Source of the DNA: Clostridia bacterium
Lineage (GTDB): Bacteria; Bacillota; Clostridia; Christensenellales; CAG-138
Assembly (NCBI GenBank): GCA_036654235.1
Contig: JAVVSK010000001.1
Coordinates: 7,758-71,757, forward strand
Reading direction: 5' to 3'
Length of the DNA: 64,000 nt
Positions 30,997 to 40,473 of the stretch are shown here, piece after piece. A model generated the notes under the pieces. It saw only the letters and a list, made by a program, of their open reading frames with translations, was not told the DNA's origin and did not search any database. The stretch's first letter is position 1. Each line of letters starts with the position of its first letter. The position numbers were made by a program, and so were the translations under genes.

Positions 30997-31340
30997 ATGA
31001 GCAGCCAGAACATCTACGACAACCAAACCTTTTTTGACGGTTATAAAAAGCTGCGTGAAAACTCATACAGCGCGAATAATCTGGAGGCTGAGGGATTACC
31101 GTATCGGTGGGGATGGATTTGCGGTACTCTGTAAAAAAAACTGCCCAAAGGTTCAGCTGGATGAATGCCGTGCCGCAATTTTATCAGAAATTGCTGTGCA
31201 ATCACGATAAAAAACTTACATGTATCACGGCGGCAGGACGCGCATGGGACGGAAATGTGGTTGATGCGGAGGAACTTGTTTCGGCGGCAGATAAGTGTAT
31301 GTACATTGATAAACAATGGCTAAAAACAGAAATCAAATAA
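30997..31340 (+). pseudogene. Chimeric scrap: N-terminus of a SAM-methyltransferase-like gene joined to the C-terminal third of a GGDEF-domain gene (frameshifted)
   Basis: ATG 30997 with AAGGAGG upstream gives MSSQNIYDNQTFFDGYKKLRENSYSANNLE. From about 31085 another frame reads YRIGGDGFAVLCKK... (a degenerate GGDEF motif). A third frame (31107..31340) ends ...VDAEELVSAADKCMYIDKQ, like the end of diguanylate cyclase domains. Confidence 0.5.
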
Positions 31341-31375
31341 TGCGATCACAATTTACTTACGAGGTGCAAATATTT

Positions 31376-32542
31376 ATGAAAAAAATTATTTTGAGTGTTT
31401 TGCTGATTTGCCTGTTGGAAGTTTCCGCTTGCGGCACTCCTAAGAACGGCACATCCCTGAAGCCGGTGGATCAGTCAGCGATCGAACAGCAGCTTGCGGG
31501 CATGACACTGGAGGAAAAGGTGGGACAGCTTTTTGTCATCCGACCCGACGCACTCGACCTGACCCTGACGCCAGAACAGACCAACAATACCAAGCAGTAC
31601 GGTGTCACCGAGCTAAGCCCCGCTATGGCGGAAACACTTCACAAATACCCAGTGGGCGGCGTGGCGCTTTTTAAAAAGAACCTTTCCACCCCGGAGAGGT
31701 TAAAAGAGTTTATTGACGCCTTGCAGAAGGAAAGCTCTATTCCGCTACTGGTGGGTGTCGATGAGGAGGGCGGCAGAGTTGCGCGGCTGGCCAATACGGA
31801 CGGCTTTAGTCTTCCGAAATATGAGAGCATGGAAAAGGTCGGAGAAAGCGGCGACCCGGAGGACGCGCGCAAAGTGGGGCTGACCATTGGCTCTTATCTG
31901 AAGCCCTATGGCTTTAACGTGGATTTTGCTCCAGTAGCAGATATCAACACGAACCCCGAAAATATTGTCATTGGAGACCGTTCCTTTGGCAGCGACCCGG
32001 AACTGGTGGCCAAGATGGTGACAGCCGAGATTTCGGGACTCCATGAGGCGGGGATGCTGAGCTGCATCAAGCACTTCCCCGGTCACGGCGATACAAATGA
32101 CGACACTCACAACGGCTATGTATCCGTACTAAAGACTTGGGACGAGCTGAAAAAGTGCGAACTCGTTCCATTTATCAGTGCTCTGAGCGACGCTGATATG
32201 ATCATGGTTGCCCATATCACTACTCCGAACATCACAGGAAACACTCTTCCAGCAACAATGTCGAGCGAACTGCTTGAGGGGAAACTACGAGGCGAACTGG
32301 GTTATAAGGGTGTTATTATTACCGATGCAATGGCAATGGGTGCTATCACGAAAACTTACACTTCCGCCGAAAGTACGATTGAGGCGATTCAGGCCGGTGT
32401 GGATATCGTTTTAATCCCCCTGGATCTTGTAGATGCCTATGAGGCCGTTTGCGCTGCTGTAAGGGATGGAACAATTTCCGAGGCGCGGCTTGACGAGAGT
32501 GTGCTTCGTATTTTGAAGCTAAAGGCAGCTTTTAGCAAATAA
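31376..32542 (+). CDS. Lipoprotein glycoside hydrolase family 3 (NagZ-like beta-N-acetylhexosaminidase)
   Basis: I chose the start at ATG 31376 (MKKIILSVLLICLLEVSACG, lipobox) rather than 31316. EEKVGQLF, GVDEEGGRV and KHFPGHGDT are GH3 N-terminal-domain hallmarks. Confidence 0.85.
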   Translation: MKKIILSVLLICLLEVSACGTPKNGTSLKPVDQSAIEQQLAGMTLEEKVGQLFVIRPDALDLTLTPEQTNNTKQYGVTELSPAMAETLHKYPVGGVALFKKNLSTPERLKEFIDALQKESSIPLLVGVDEEGGRVARLANTDGFSLPKYESMEKVGESGDPEDARKVGLTIGSYLKPYGFNVDFAPVADINTNPENIVIGDRSFGSDPELVAKMVTAEISGLHEAGMLSCIKHFPGHGDTNDDTHNGYVSVLKTWDELKKCELVPFISALSDADMIMVAHITTPNITGNTLPATMSSELLEGKLRGELGYKGVIITDAMAMGAITKTYTSAESTIEAIQAGVDIVLIPLDLVDAYEAVCAAVRDGTISEARLDESVLRILKLKAAFSK

Positions 32543-32895
32543 AAGAACATAGCATGATCAATCCGGGTGATGTCCTGAAAGTAACGGAAAACTAAATGCA
32601 AAATGTGGCATGAAACAACGGTTACCCCAAAAGTGGCGGTGGCTTCGTAAAAGGAGTCGTCGCTATTCTTTTCGCCAAAATACGACTGAGTTTTACAAAA
32701 TCAAGGGATGCGGTTATCATGTGCGATGGAATTGAGTAGCTATGGGGCGGGTTTACCGTCCCATAGAAATGAATGCTTATAGTCGGCACGATGAGAGTTC
32801 CTACAAAATTGTCATACAGATATGATTATATATTAGAAAACGACACAAACTTGCGCATGACGCGACAATAGTGCAATCTGGCTTTAACATACGAG

Positions 32896-32941
32896 CGGTC
32901 GATTTTGTACTGAAAAAGTACAAGGTCGACCGTTTTTTTCG
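32896..32941 (+). terminator. Intrinsic terminator not attached to any intact ORF
   Basis: Stem cggtcgattttgtac / gtacaaggtcgaccg (two U-G pairs) with loop tgaaaaa, followed by TTTTTTT. Confidence 0.6.
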
Positions 32942-33112
32942 TTTTACAGGCACGCGGTAGGATGCCATTTCTGACATTTTGACTCATGATTAAAATCTCA
33001 GAAATGGAGGGAAAGCCAAATTTCTAAATTTTTAACGACCCCGGACTATATGGCAATGTACCCCGATGCAAGTAATTAGATAATCAAATATCTCAGCAAA
33101 AGCCACCGAAAA

Positions 33113-33472
33113 ATGGAATACGTCGAGTATGACCTTAAGGCGGAGCGTATTAGAGTTGACGCTAAAAGTCAAAAGGGGTGACGTTTATCCCCGACCGCGG
33201 GTATTCACTGTAGCGGCTCTTGGACGAGGACAAGCAGCTTGAGGACGGTGGCGAAACACCGAAGGACATGGCAAGCCGTCATAATTTCAAAGATAATGGA
33301 CTGCATTGATATGTTATCGGACAACGAATGAAAACTGATTACAGAGCTGCTTTTTAACGAAAAAAGTGAGAGTGAATGCTCTGCGGAGTGCGGTGTGCCG
33401 CAAAAAACGATTAACGATAGGAAAAAACGTATCTTAGTCAAAATAAAAAAACTTATGGAAAATCAAAAATAA
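33113..33472 (+). pseudogene. Broken sigma-70 region-4-like / HTH gene of the kind carried by conjugative elements
   Basis: The frame ending at TAA 33470-33472 reads ...IMDCIDMLSDNE*KLITELLFNEKSESECSAECGVPQKTINDRKKRILVKIKKLMENQK with an in-frame TGA at 33329-33331. Upstream frames are interrupted repeatedly. Confidence 0.5.
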
Positions 33473-33629
33473 ATTCGCTCAACCTTATTACTCAATGAGA
33501 GAATCGGTCACTTTTTATTTTTAAAAGCAGGTTATACTTTGATAAATGTAACTTATATACCCTTTATTGATACCGGGAAAAATCAATTGTGGTTTTGTTA
33601 TAATATGAATATCGTATAACATATTTAGC

Positions 33630-34493
33630 TCAATTAAATCCGATTCCGAACCCGCGCATAGAAGCGGTATTGAAAGGCAAATCCGGAATATTCAACTGAC
33701 GAAGCTGGCTAACAAAGTTGAGCGCATCTCCGACATCAAGGAAAAGGTCTTTCGAAAATTGCCAAACACCGATAAGTTTATCGTCAACATCATAAAAACC
33801 AACGAATTCGAGGTTTAATGAATATACATTGGCAGTTTCATTTTTTACCGTACCCGAAAGCGTAGAAAATTCAGAATAATTTCCGGATAAAAACAGATCA
33901 CTTACGTTAAGGCGTGAAGAAGCTAAATCTGATTTTTCGGCGGTCAAAGTTACTTTTAGGTTAACCTTATCTCCGGTAGCGATAACCGAACCTTCGGTTG
34001 GCGTTGGGACAGAAACCGGCGTTGAGGTAGGCATCGGTATAGTTCCCGAGGCGTTTGGAAGGGGAAATCCGCTAGGAGTTGCTGTTTTTACGGGTATGGA
34101 TCTATAAAAAACTATATAATTGGTATCATTTGGATTTGTAATATTAAAATCATAAGCAGCAGGTTCACAAGAATAGTTATACATGCCTTTTCCTATAACT
34201 TCAAATGAAAAATCGGCAGTCGGAACAATAACAGGACAATCGCCGGTGTTTTTATACTCAACAGCGCCATAAAAGGTCACAACCCCGTTTATTTCAAGCA
34301 TATATGCGCAGGAATCAATAATCTCAACGGAAGCGATTTCGCCAAAGCGCGGCGCGAATGAAGGCTGAGTTACCGGAGTTTCGGTATATCGTGGCTGAGG
34401 CGTAATTTTAGGCGAATCCAAAGAACCCGTCGTATTACAGGCAGAAACAAAGAGCGCAAGAAGCACTATAAAAATCGATACAATGCGTTTCAT
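33630..34493 (-). CDS. Hypothetical lipoprotein
   Basis: 287 aa. Signal peptide with lipobox FVSAC and a Pro/Thr-rich internal segment. I recognise no motif. Confidence 0.65.
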   Translation of the reverse strand: MKRIVSIFIVLLALFVSACNTTGSLDSPKITPQPRYTETPVTQPSFAPRFGEIASVEIIDSCAYMLEINGVVTFYGAVEYKNTGDCPVIVPTADFSFEVIGKGMYNYSCEPAAYDFNITNPNDTNYIVFYRSIPVKTATPSGFPLPNASGTIPMPTSTPVSVPTPTEGSVIATGDKVNLKVTLTAEKSDLASSRLNVSDLFLSGNYSEFSTLSGTVKNETANVYSLNLEFVGFYDVDDKLIGVWQFSKDLFLDVGDALNFVSQLRQLNIPDLPFNTASMRGFGIGFN

Positions 34494-34604
34494 ACGCTCA
34501 TTATAACATTTAGATCATTAAGCTTCAAACGATTTTAGCCGTAAAACGGTGGTTAAGAAGCAAATAAAAGTTTTATTTACATATAGTTTACATCTTGGAA
34601 CGGT

Positions 34605-35990
34605 TCATAAAAGCGCGTCTATTATGCTTTTTGCGGCGAGCTTTCCCGCGCCCATCGCGAGTATAACCGTTGCTGCGCCGGTTACGGCATCACCACCGGC
34701 ATAAACGAGATCCCGGCTTGTCTTTCCGTATTCGTCCGCTTTTATTCCGCCCCACTTTTCGGTTTCCAGCCCTTTAGTTGTCTGAATGATTAGCGGGTTG
34801 GGTGAGTTACCTATCGCTATTATAACGGTTGAAGCCTGCAATATAAACTCGCTATTAGCGATAGGTTTAGGTCTGCGGCGACCCGAAGCATCGACATCTC
34901 CCAACTCCATAGATATACATTTTATTTCTTTAACAAATCCGCTTTCATTACCCAATATCTCGACCGGATTTTTAAGAAGCAAAAATTCAATTCCCTCTTC
35001 CTTCGCATGGTGAATTTCCTCAATGCGCGCGGGCATTTCCTCAAGACTTCTTCTATATACGATTTTAACATCAGCTCCGAGACGCTTTGCACAGCGCGCC
35101 GCATCCATGGCGACATTGCCGCCTCCGACGACAACGACATTTGAACCAACGCGAATAGGAGTATCTGTATTAGGAAAATCATACGCCTTCATAAGGTTAA
35201 CACGCGTTAAAAATTCATTTGCAGAATAAACTCCGTTAAGATTTTCTCCGGGAAGACCCATAAAGGTAGGTAATCCTGCGCCACTTCCGACAAAAACTGC
35301 GTTGAAGCCCATATCGTAGAAAAGCTCGTCAATAGAAAAAGCGCGACCTACAACCGAGTTCACTTCTATTTTTACACCCGCGTTTTTTAGCGCCTCTATT
35401 TCAGTATTAACTATTTTCTTAGGAAGCCTAAATTCGGGAATCCCATACATTAAAACGCCGCCGGGAGTATGGAGCGCTTCAAAAACGGTAACATCAAAGC
35501 CGGCCTTATTAAGATCCCCGGCGCAGGTAAGCCCAGCGGGACCCGCGCCGATAACGGCTACTTGTTTTCCATTCTTTTTTTTATTTTCTTTTAAAGTGAC
35601 TTTAGCGTTTTGCATATGGTAATCGGCGGCGAAACGTTCGAGACGCCCTATAGCTACCGGTTCACCCTTAATACCGCGAACGCATTTGCTTTCGCACTGT
35701 TTCTCTTGAGGACAAACCCGTCCGCAAACTGCGGGAAGTGAATTGGTTTCGCTTATTTTTTGATATGCATTTTCAAATTCGCCGCGTTTTATAAGCGCAA
35801 TAAATTCATCTATCATAACGTTTACGGGGCAGCCAGAAACGCACGGATGGTTTTTGCAACTTAAGCAGCGACTTGCTTCATCAAGAGCCTCTTTTTCGGT
35901 ATACCCTAGGGCTACCTCCGAAAAATTTTTATTTCGCAAATCGGGATTTTGCTCTCTCATCGGAGTTTTTTTATTATCTATGTTCGACAT
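34605..35990 (-). CDS. nfnB: NADPH-dependent glutamate-synthase-small-subunit-like oxidoreductase (NfnB-type subunit)
   Basis: 461 aa. The N-terminal cysteine cluster CLSCKNHPCVSGCPV...CGRVCPQEKQCESKC is followed by two dinucleotide folds (VIGAGPAG, VVGGGNVAMD). Confidence 0.85.
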   Translation of the reverse strand: MSNIDNKKTPMREQNPDLRNKNFSEVALGYTEKEALDEASRCLSCKNHPCVSGCPVNVMIDEFIALIKRGEFENAYQKISETNSLPAVCGRVCPQEKQCESKCVRGIKGEPVAIGRLERFAADYHMQNAKVTLKENKKKNGKQVAVIGAGPAGLTCAGDLNKAGFDVTVFEALHTPGGVLMYGIPEFRLPKKIVNTEIEALKNAGVKIEVNSVVGRAFSIDELFYDMGFNAVFVGSGAGLPTFMGLPGENLNGVYSANEFLTRVNLMKAYDFPNTDTPIRVGSNVVVVGGGNVAMDAARCAKRLGADVKIVYRRSLEEMPARIEEIHHAKEEGIEFLLLKNPVEILGNESGFVKEIKCISMELGDVDASGRRRPKPIANSEFILQASTVIIAIGNSPNPLIIQTTKGLETEKWGGIKADEYGKTSRDLVYAGGDAVTGAATVILAMGAGKLAAKSIIDALL

Positions 35991-35993
35991 TTT

Positions 35994-36848
35994 TTATCGC
36001 ACCTCACCGGTTAAATTACATATATGGCGCTCGCGCTCCATACTTGCACGTTCCTCGTCGCGGTACATTGAGCCGCGTTTCATCGCCATATCAAAATCCA
36101 CCTGATGTCCGTCAAATTCGGGTCCGTCAACGCAGGCAAAGACGGTCTTCCCGGCAACGGTAAGACGACAGCATCCGCACATGCCCGTTCCGTCTATCAT
36201 AGTCGAGTTCATTGAAACAACGGTATGAATTCCATATTCTTTTGTTAAGTTACAAACCGCCCTCATCATTGGTATCGGACCTATCGCTATTACTTCGTCA
36301 TATATTATGCCGCTTTCAAGCTTTTTTCGGAGCGAATCGGTTACGAAACCCTTATTTCCGTTACTGCCGTCGTCCGTAGTTATTATAAGGTCATTTGAAA
36401 AACGCGCGAGATCGTCGGTCAATATAAAAAGTTCCTTTGAGCGAAATCCAACAAAAGAATCGAGAATTGCGCCGACATCAAAGAGCGCTTTCGCCTGTGG
36501 ATAAGCGATAGCTATACCAAGACCCCCGGCAACAAGGGCTACACGTTTTTTAAACAAAGAATCAAGTTCGCTGGCTTTACCTAAGGGACCCGCAAAGTCT
36601 AAAAGCGAGTCTCCTTCATTTAATGTATCAAGGCGCAAGGTCGTCGCGCCTACTTTTTGAAATATAATAGTGATAGTTCCTTTTTCTCTATTAAATCCCG
36701 CGATTGTGAGGGGAATTCGTTCTCCGGCTTCGTCGATACGAAGGATAATAAACTGTCCCGCCCGTGCATGTTTAGCAACGATAGGAGCGCTTATTTCCAT
36801 GAGCGTTACGGTATCGTTTAATGCCTTTTTCTTTTTTATCCTGTACAT
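35994..36848 (-). CDS. nfnA: Sulfide/dihydroorotate-dehydrogenase-like FAD/NAD-binding subunit (NfnA-type)
   Basis: 284 aa. FNR-like fold (GQFIILRIDEAGERIPLTIA, VAGGLGIA) and a C-terminal cysteine motif DGTGMCGCCR...ACVDGPEF. Lies 3 nt upstream of nfnB. Confidence 0.82.
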   Translation of the reverse strand: MYRIKKKKALNDTVTLMEISAPIVAKHARAGQFIILRIDEAGERIPLTIAGFNREKGTITIIFQKVGATTLRLDTLNEGDSLLDFAGPLGKASELDSLFKKRVALVAGGLGIAIAYPQAKALFDVGAILDSFVGFRSKELFILTDDLARFSNDLIITTDDGSNGNKGFVTDSLRKKLESGIIYDEVIAIGPIPMMRAVCNLTKEYGIHTVVSMNSTMIDGTGMCGCCRLTVAGKTVFACVDGPEFDGHQVDFDMAMKRGSMYRDEERASMERERHICNLTGEVR

Positions 36849-37186
36849 TAATCTTCTCCATTATTTTCTAAAATTAAGTTTAACACAAGGTTGAATAAAA
36901 ATAAAGTCTTACCAAAAAAGCGCTTAATGCTCATTATCAAGTTTAATAATATCCTTCCCTTTAGTTGATAACGTAAGTCGCTTTTTTACCTTGCTTAATT
37001 AAAACAATAAAATATATTAAACTAAGAACTGTGAAGCGTCATTATAAATAGCTTTTTATTTTTTTTTAGATAAATATGCTAAAAATGCCTCTTTCCAAAA
37101 GTCTTAAAATGTTATATACTTAAATCGTGGCTTTCGGAATCTAAAAAACGTCGGAAAACCGTTATACAGTAATTTAGGAGGTAATA

Positions 37187-38350
37187 ATGCGAATTGGCAT
37201 ACTCGGCGGGACTTTTAATCCCGTCCATACAGGTCATGTATCCATGGCCTATTTTGCTCTCAGAGAATTCGATCTTGACAATGTCTATTTTATGGTTACA
37301 TCAGATCCACCCCATAAACGTGTAGACGACGATATAAGCTTTGAGCACAGATTTAATATGGCGAAAATTGCCGCTGCCGAGGCAGAAGGGGTTGAAGCGA
37401 GCGATATTGAAGGTGTTCGCGGAGGAATAAGTTATACTGTTGAAACCCTTTGGCGTTTAAAAAATGAGTCAGAAGAAAATGTTACTCTTTTTCTAATAGT
37501 AGGCGCGGATATGCTCTTCGATATGGTAAACTGGAAAAATCCGAAGCGCATATTCGATCTTGCGACTATTATCGTCGTGCGCCGCGACTGTTCAAATTAT
37601 AAGCTTAACGACGAAATTAAAAAGTTGAAACAGCTATACCCCAGCTGTAATGTTGATATCGCCGAGTTTTCCGTCCCGCGAATATCGTCAACGGAAGTGC
37701 GTAATGCTGTAAAAAATGCAAAAAGCATAGCCTATCTTGTATCGATTCCCGTAATGGAGTATATTTATAGTAATGGGCTGTATGTTGACGACTATATTCG
37801 CAATATCCTCTTCGATTTAAAAGACAGACTGACGCACAAACGTTTTTTACACAGCATCAGTACGATGAACGAGGCTATGCGTCTTGCCGATCGCTATGGA
37901 ACAGATACCAAAAAGGCGCGTCTCGCCGGACTTTTACATGATTGCGCGAAAATTTCAACTACTGACTATTTGAGCGAATGTGAAGAACACGGTATAACTA
38001 TAGACGATTATGAAAGGCATACCCCCGGGCTTCTGCATCCTAAACTAGGCGCTTATTACGCAAAAACAAGATATGGAGTTCAGGATCAGGACATACTAAA
38101 CGCTATAGCCTACCATACTCTTTGTAGAGAGGGCATGAGCGATCTCGAAAAAATCGTTTACCTCGCCGATAAGATAGAACCCAAGCGCACCTATCCCGGG
38201 GTTTTCGCTATAAGGAAAGCAGCGCGAAAGTCTCTTAATAATGGCGTTTTAGCGGCGATGGATTTTTCGATCAACTGCGTTTTAATCGCAAAAAAAACCC
38301 TGCACCCCGCGATAACGGTGGCGCGTGAATACATATTAAAGAAAATATAG
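37187..38350 (+). CDS. nadD: Fusion of nicotinate-nucleotide adenylyltransferase (NadD) and YqeK-type HD phosphohydrolase
   Basis: Single 387-codon ORF. The N-terminus is IGILGGTFNPVHTGH (HxGH) with ISSTEVR. From about aa 205 it reads HKRFLHSISTMNEAMRLADRYG...ARLAGLLHDCAK...YLADKIEP (YqeK HD pattern). AGGAGG lies upstream of ATG 37187. Confidence 0.85.
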   Translation: MRIGILGGTFNPVHTGHVSMAYFALREFDLDNVYFMVTSDPPHKRVDDDISFEHRFNMAKIAAAEAEGVEASDIEGVRGGISYTVETLWRLKNESEENVTLFLIVGADMLFDMVNWKNPKRIFDLATIIVVRRDCSNYKLNDEIKKLKQLYPSCNVDIAEFSVPRISSTEVRNAVKNAKSIAYLVSIPVMEYIYSNGLYVDDYIRNILFDLKDRLTHKRFLHSISTMNEAMRLADRYGTDTKKARLAGLLHDCAKISTTDYLSECEEHGITIDDYERHTPGLLHPKLGAYYAKTRYGVQDQDILNAIAYHTLCREGMSDLEKIVYLADKIEPKRTYPGVFAIRKAARKSLNNGVLAAMDFSINCVLIAKKTLHPAITVAREYILKKI

Positions 38351-38359
38351 GAGATATAA

Positions 38360-38683
38360 ATGAATACAGTACAAGAAAAAGTGGATGCACTCGTGAAAAT
38401 GCTTGAGGAAAATAAGGCCGAAAATGTAATCGCGATAAACGTCGGAGATAAAACCATAATTGCCGATTATTTCATCATATGTTCGGGGCGTTCGGTTCCG
38501 CATGTAAAGGCGCTTTCCGAATATGTTGACGAAAAAGCGCCGGAGCTGGGACTAGAGATTTTGCGAACTGAGGGCTATTCAGCGGGAAGATGGATAGTTA
38601 TGGATATGGCGTATGTTTTGGTACATATTTTTCTGCCGGAGGAACGGGAATATTATAATATGGAAAGATTGTATAGGGATTGA
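38360..38683 (+). CDS. rsfS: Ribosome silencing factor
   Basis: 107 aa. ...IIADYFIICSGRSVPHVKAL...EGYSAGRWIVMDMAYVLVHIF is typical RsfS/iojap. It sits in the conserved position after nadD/yqeK. Confidence 0.9.
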   Translation: MNTVQEKVDALVKMLEENKAENVIAINVGDKTIIADYFIICSGRSVPHVKALSEYVDEKAPELGLEILRTEGYSAGRWIVMDMAYVLVHIFLPEEREYYNMERLYRD

Positions 38684-40413
38684 TTATGGACTGGCGCAAA
38701 TCTTACGATGTTTGGCTTGAGCATGTGACAGACGCGGAGCGCGAAGAGCTTTTGAGAGTTACCGACGAGGGTGAGCTTGTCGATCGTTTTTATAAAGAAC
38801 TTGAGTTCGGAACTGCCGGGCTTCGCGGTACAATGGATCTCGGAACCAATCGCATGAACGTTTATATAATAAAGAGAGCGACTCATGGACTGGCTCAATA
38901 TTTAAAAACCAAAAAAAATGCGGCTTCAAGGGGTGTTGCTATAGCTTATGATTCGAGACATAACAGCGCGGAATTTGCTAAGGCTGCTGCGCTTGTTCTT
39001 TGCGCCAACGGTATAAAGACCTATTTATACAGCACTTTACATTCGGTTCCCCAACTTTCGTTTTCCGTTCTTGAGCTTAATTGTATTGCCGGCATAGTTA
39101 TAACCGCGAGCCATAATCCGCCGGCATATAACGGTTATAAGGTCTACAATGAATTTGGAGGACAGCTTAACCCGAAGGATTCTCTTTTGGTGACAGAAGA
39201 AATAAACAACGTTGAGTTATTTTCGGTTCCTTCTGTTAACGAAAGGGAGGCATTGACGAACGGATTGTTAAATTACATTGCCTCCGAGCTTGACGATATT
39301 TATTATAAAAAAACCGAACAGCTTCTTTTAAACCGCGAACTGATTAAAAATCACGGGGATCAACTAACTGTGGTTTATACTCCCTTGTTTGGGACGGGTT
39401 ATGTTCCTGTAACTACAATGCTTTCGCGCGTTGGGTTTAAAAACTTAAGCGTGGTTTCCGAGGAAAGTGCACCGAATGGAGATTTTCCGACAGTTAAGGC
39501 ACCGAACCCGGAAGATAAAAATGCATTTACTTTGGCTTTTAATCTTGCGCATAATATTGATGCCGATATCGTTCTTGCGACCGACCCTGATGCCGACAGA
39601 CTCGGTGTCGCTATAAAGCGCGGCATGGATTACGAAGTTCTGACCGGAAATGAAATAGGCATTTTGCTTATGAACTATGTTTTAAGCATGAAGCATGAGA
39701 ACGAATCGCTTAAAAAAAATTCAATCGTTGTCGAGTCGATAGTTAGTACGCCTCTCGCCGCTCTAATAGCGCGAAGCTTTGGCGTGCGCCTTTTAAACGT
39801 ACTTACCGGGTTCAGATTCATATCCGAAATGATAGAAACATGCGAGCGTACGCGGATGCATGAGTTCGTTTTTGGCTTTGAGGAAAGCTATGGCTTTTTA
39901 GTCGGCAATGTTTCGCGCGATAAAGACGGGATTTGCGCCTCCATGCTTATAGCCGAGGCGGCTCTTTATTATAAGCTAAAGGGAATGACTCTTGCGGATG
40001 CTCTTGAAGAAATCTATAAAGAACACGGTTATTTCGACGAACGCGTTAAATCCTATACGTTGACGGGGATTGACGGATTAAACCGAATAGCCGGAACAAT
40101 GGCGGCTCTTCGTATAATGGGCGGGTCGATGCTGGCCGGAGAAAAAGTAAGGGTGTTTGAGGACTATAAAACCGGACTTCGAACGATGTATCTTTCATCG
40201 TCAATAGACGAGGATATAGGGCTTCCGACAGCGGATATGTTAAGATACATACTGCCCGACGATTCGATAATTTGCATTCGTCCGTCGGGAACCGAGCCTA
40301 AACTTAAAATTTATATTTCTGTACGCGGGAAAGATAAGGACGATTTGAAAATTAAAAGCGATGCACTTTGCCAAAAGCTATTTGAATTTTTAAATAATAT
40401 GTTGAATAAATAA
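38680..40413 (+). CDS. Phosphoglucomutase/phosphomannomutase-family phospho-sugar mutase
   Basis: 577 aa. FGTAGLRG, active-site TASHNPPAYNGYKVY, metal loop ATDPDADR, and GFEESYG. Confidence 0.9.
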   Translation: MIMDWRKSYDVWLEHVTDAEREELLRVTDEGELVDRFYKELEFGTAGLRGTMDLGTNRMNVYIIKRATHGLAQYLKTKKNAASRGVAIAYDSRHNSAEFAKAAALVLCANGIKTYLYSTLHSVPQLSFSVLELNCIAGIVITASHNPPAYNGYKVYNEFGGQLNPKDSLLVTEEINNVELFSVPSVNEREALTNGLLNYIASELDDIYYKKTEQLLLNRELIKNHGDQLTVVYTPLFGTGYVPVTTMLSRVGFKNLSVVSEESAPNGDFPTVKAPNPEDKNAFTLAFNLAHNIDADIVLATDPDADRLGVAIKRGMDYEVLTGNEIGILLMNYVLSMKHENESLKKNSIVVESIVSTPLAALIARSFGVRLLNVLTGFRFISEMIETCERTRMHEFVFGFEESYGFLVGNVSRDKDGICASMLIAEAALYYKLKGMTLADALEEIYKEHGYFDERVKSYTLTGIDGLNRIAGTMAALRIMGGSMLAGEKVRVFEDYKTGLRTMYLSSSIDEDIGLPTADMLRYILPDDSIICIRPSGTEPKLKIYISVRGKDKDDLKIKSDALCQKLFEFLNNMLNK

Positions 40414-40435
40414 TCAGCACCGGGGTTAGATAATA

Positions 40436-40472
40436 ATAGCGGAGAGAAAAGAAGCTCTCCGCTATTATTTTT
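40436..40472 (+). terminator. Intrinsic terminator of the phospho-sugar mutase gene (also the intron homing motif)
   Basis: 11-bp perfect stem atagcggagag (40436-40446) / ctctccgctat (40455-40465) followed by TATTTTT. Confidence 0.85.
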
Positions 40473-40473
40473 A

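Noticed and set aside
33205-33441. 78-aa minus-strand ORF
   Set aside because: It is antisense to the recognisable (broken) sigma/HTH reading frame and has no start context.
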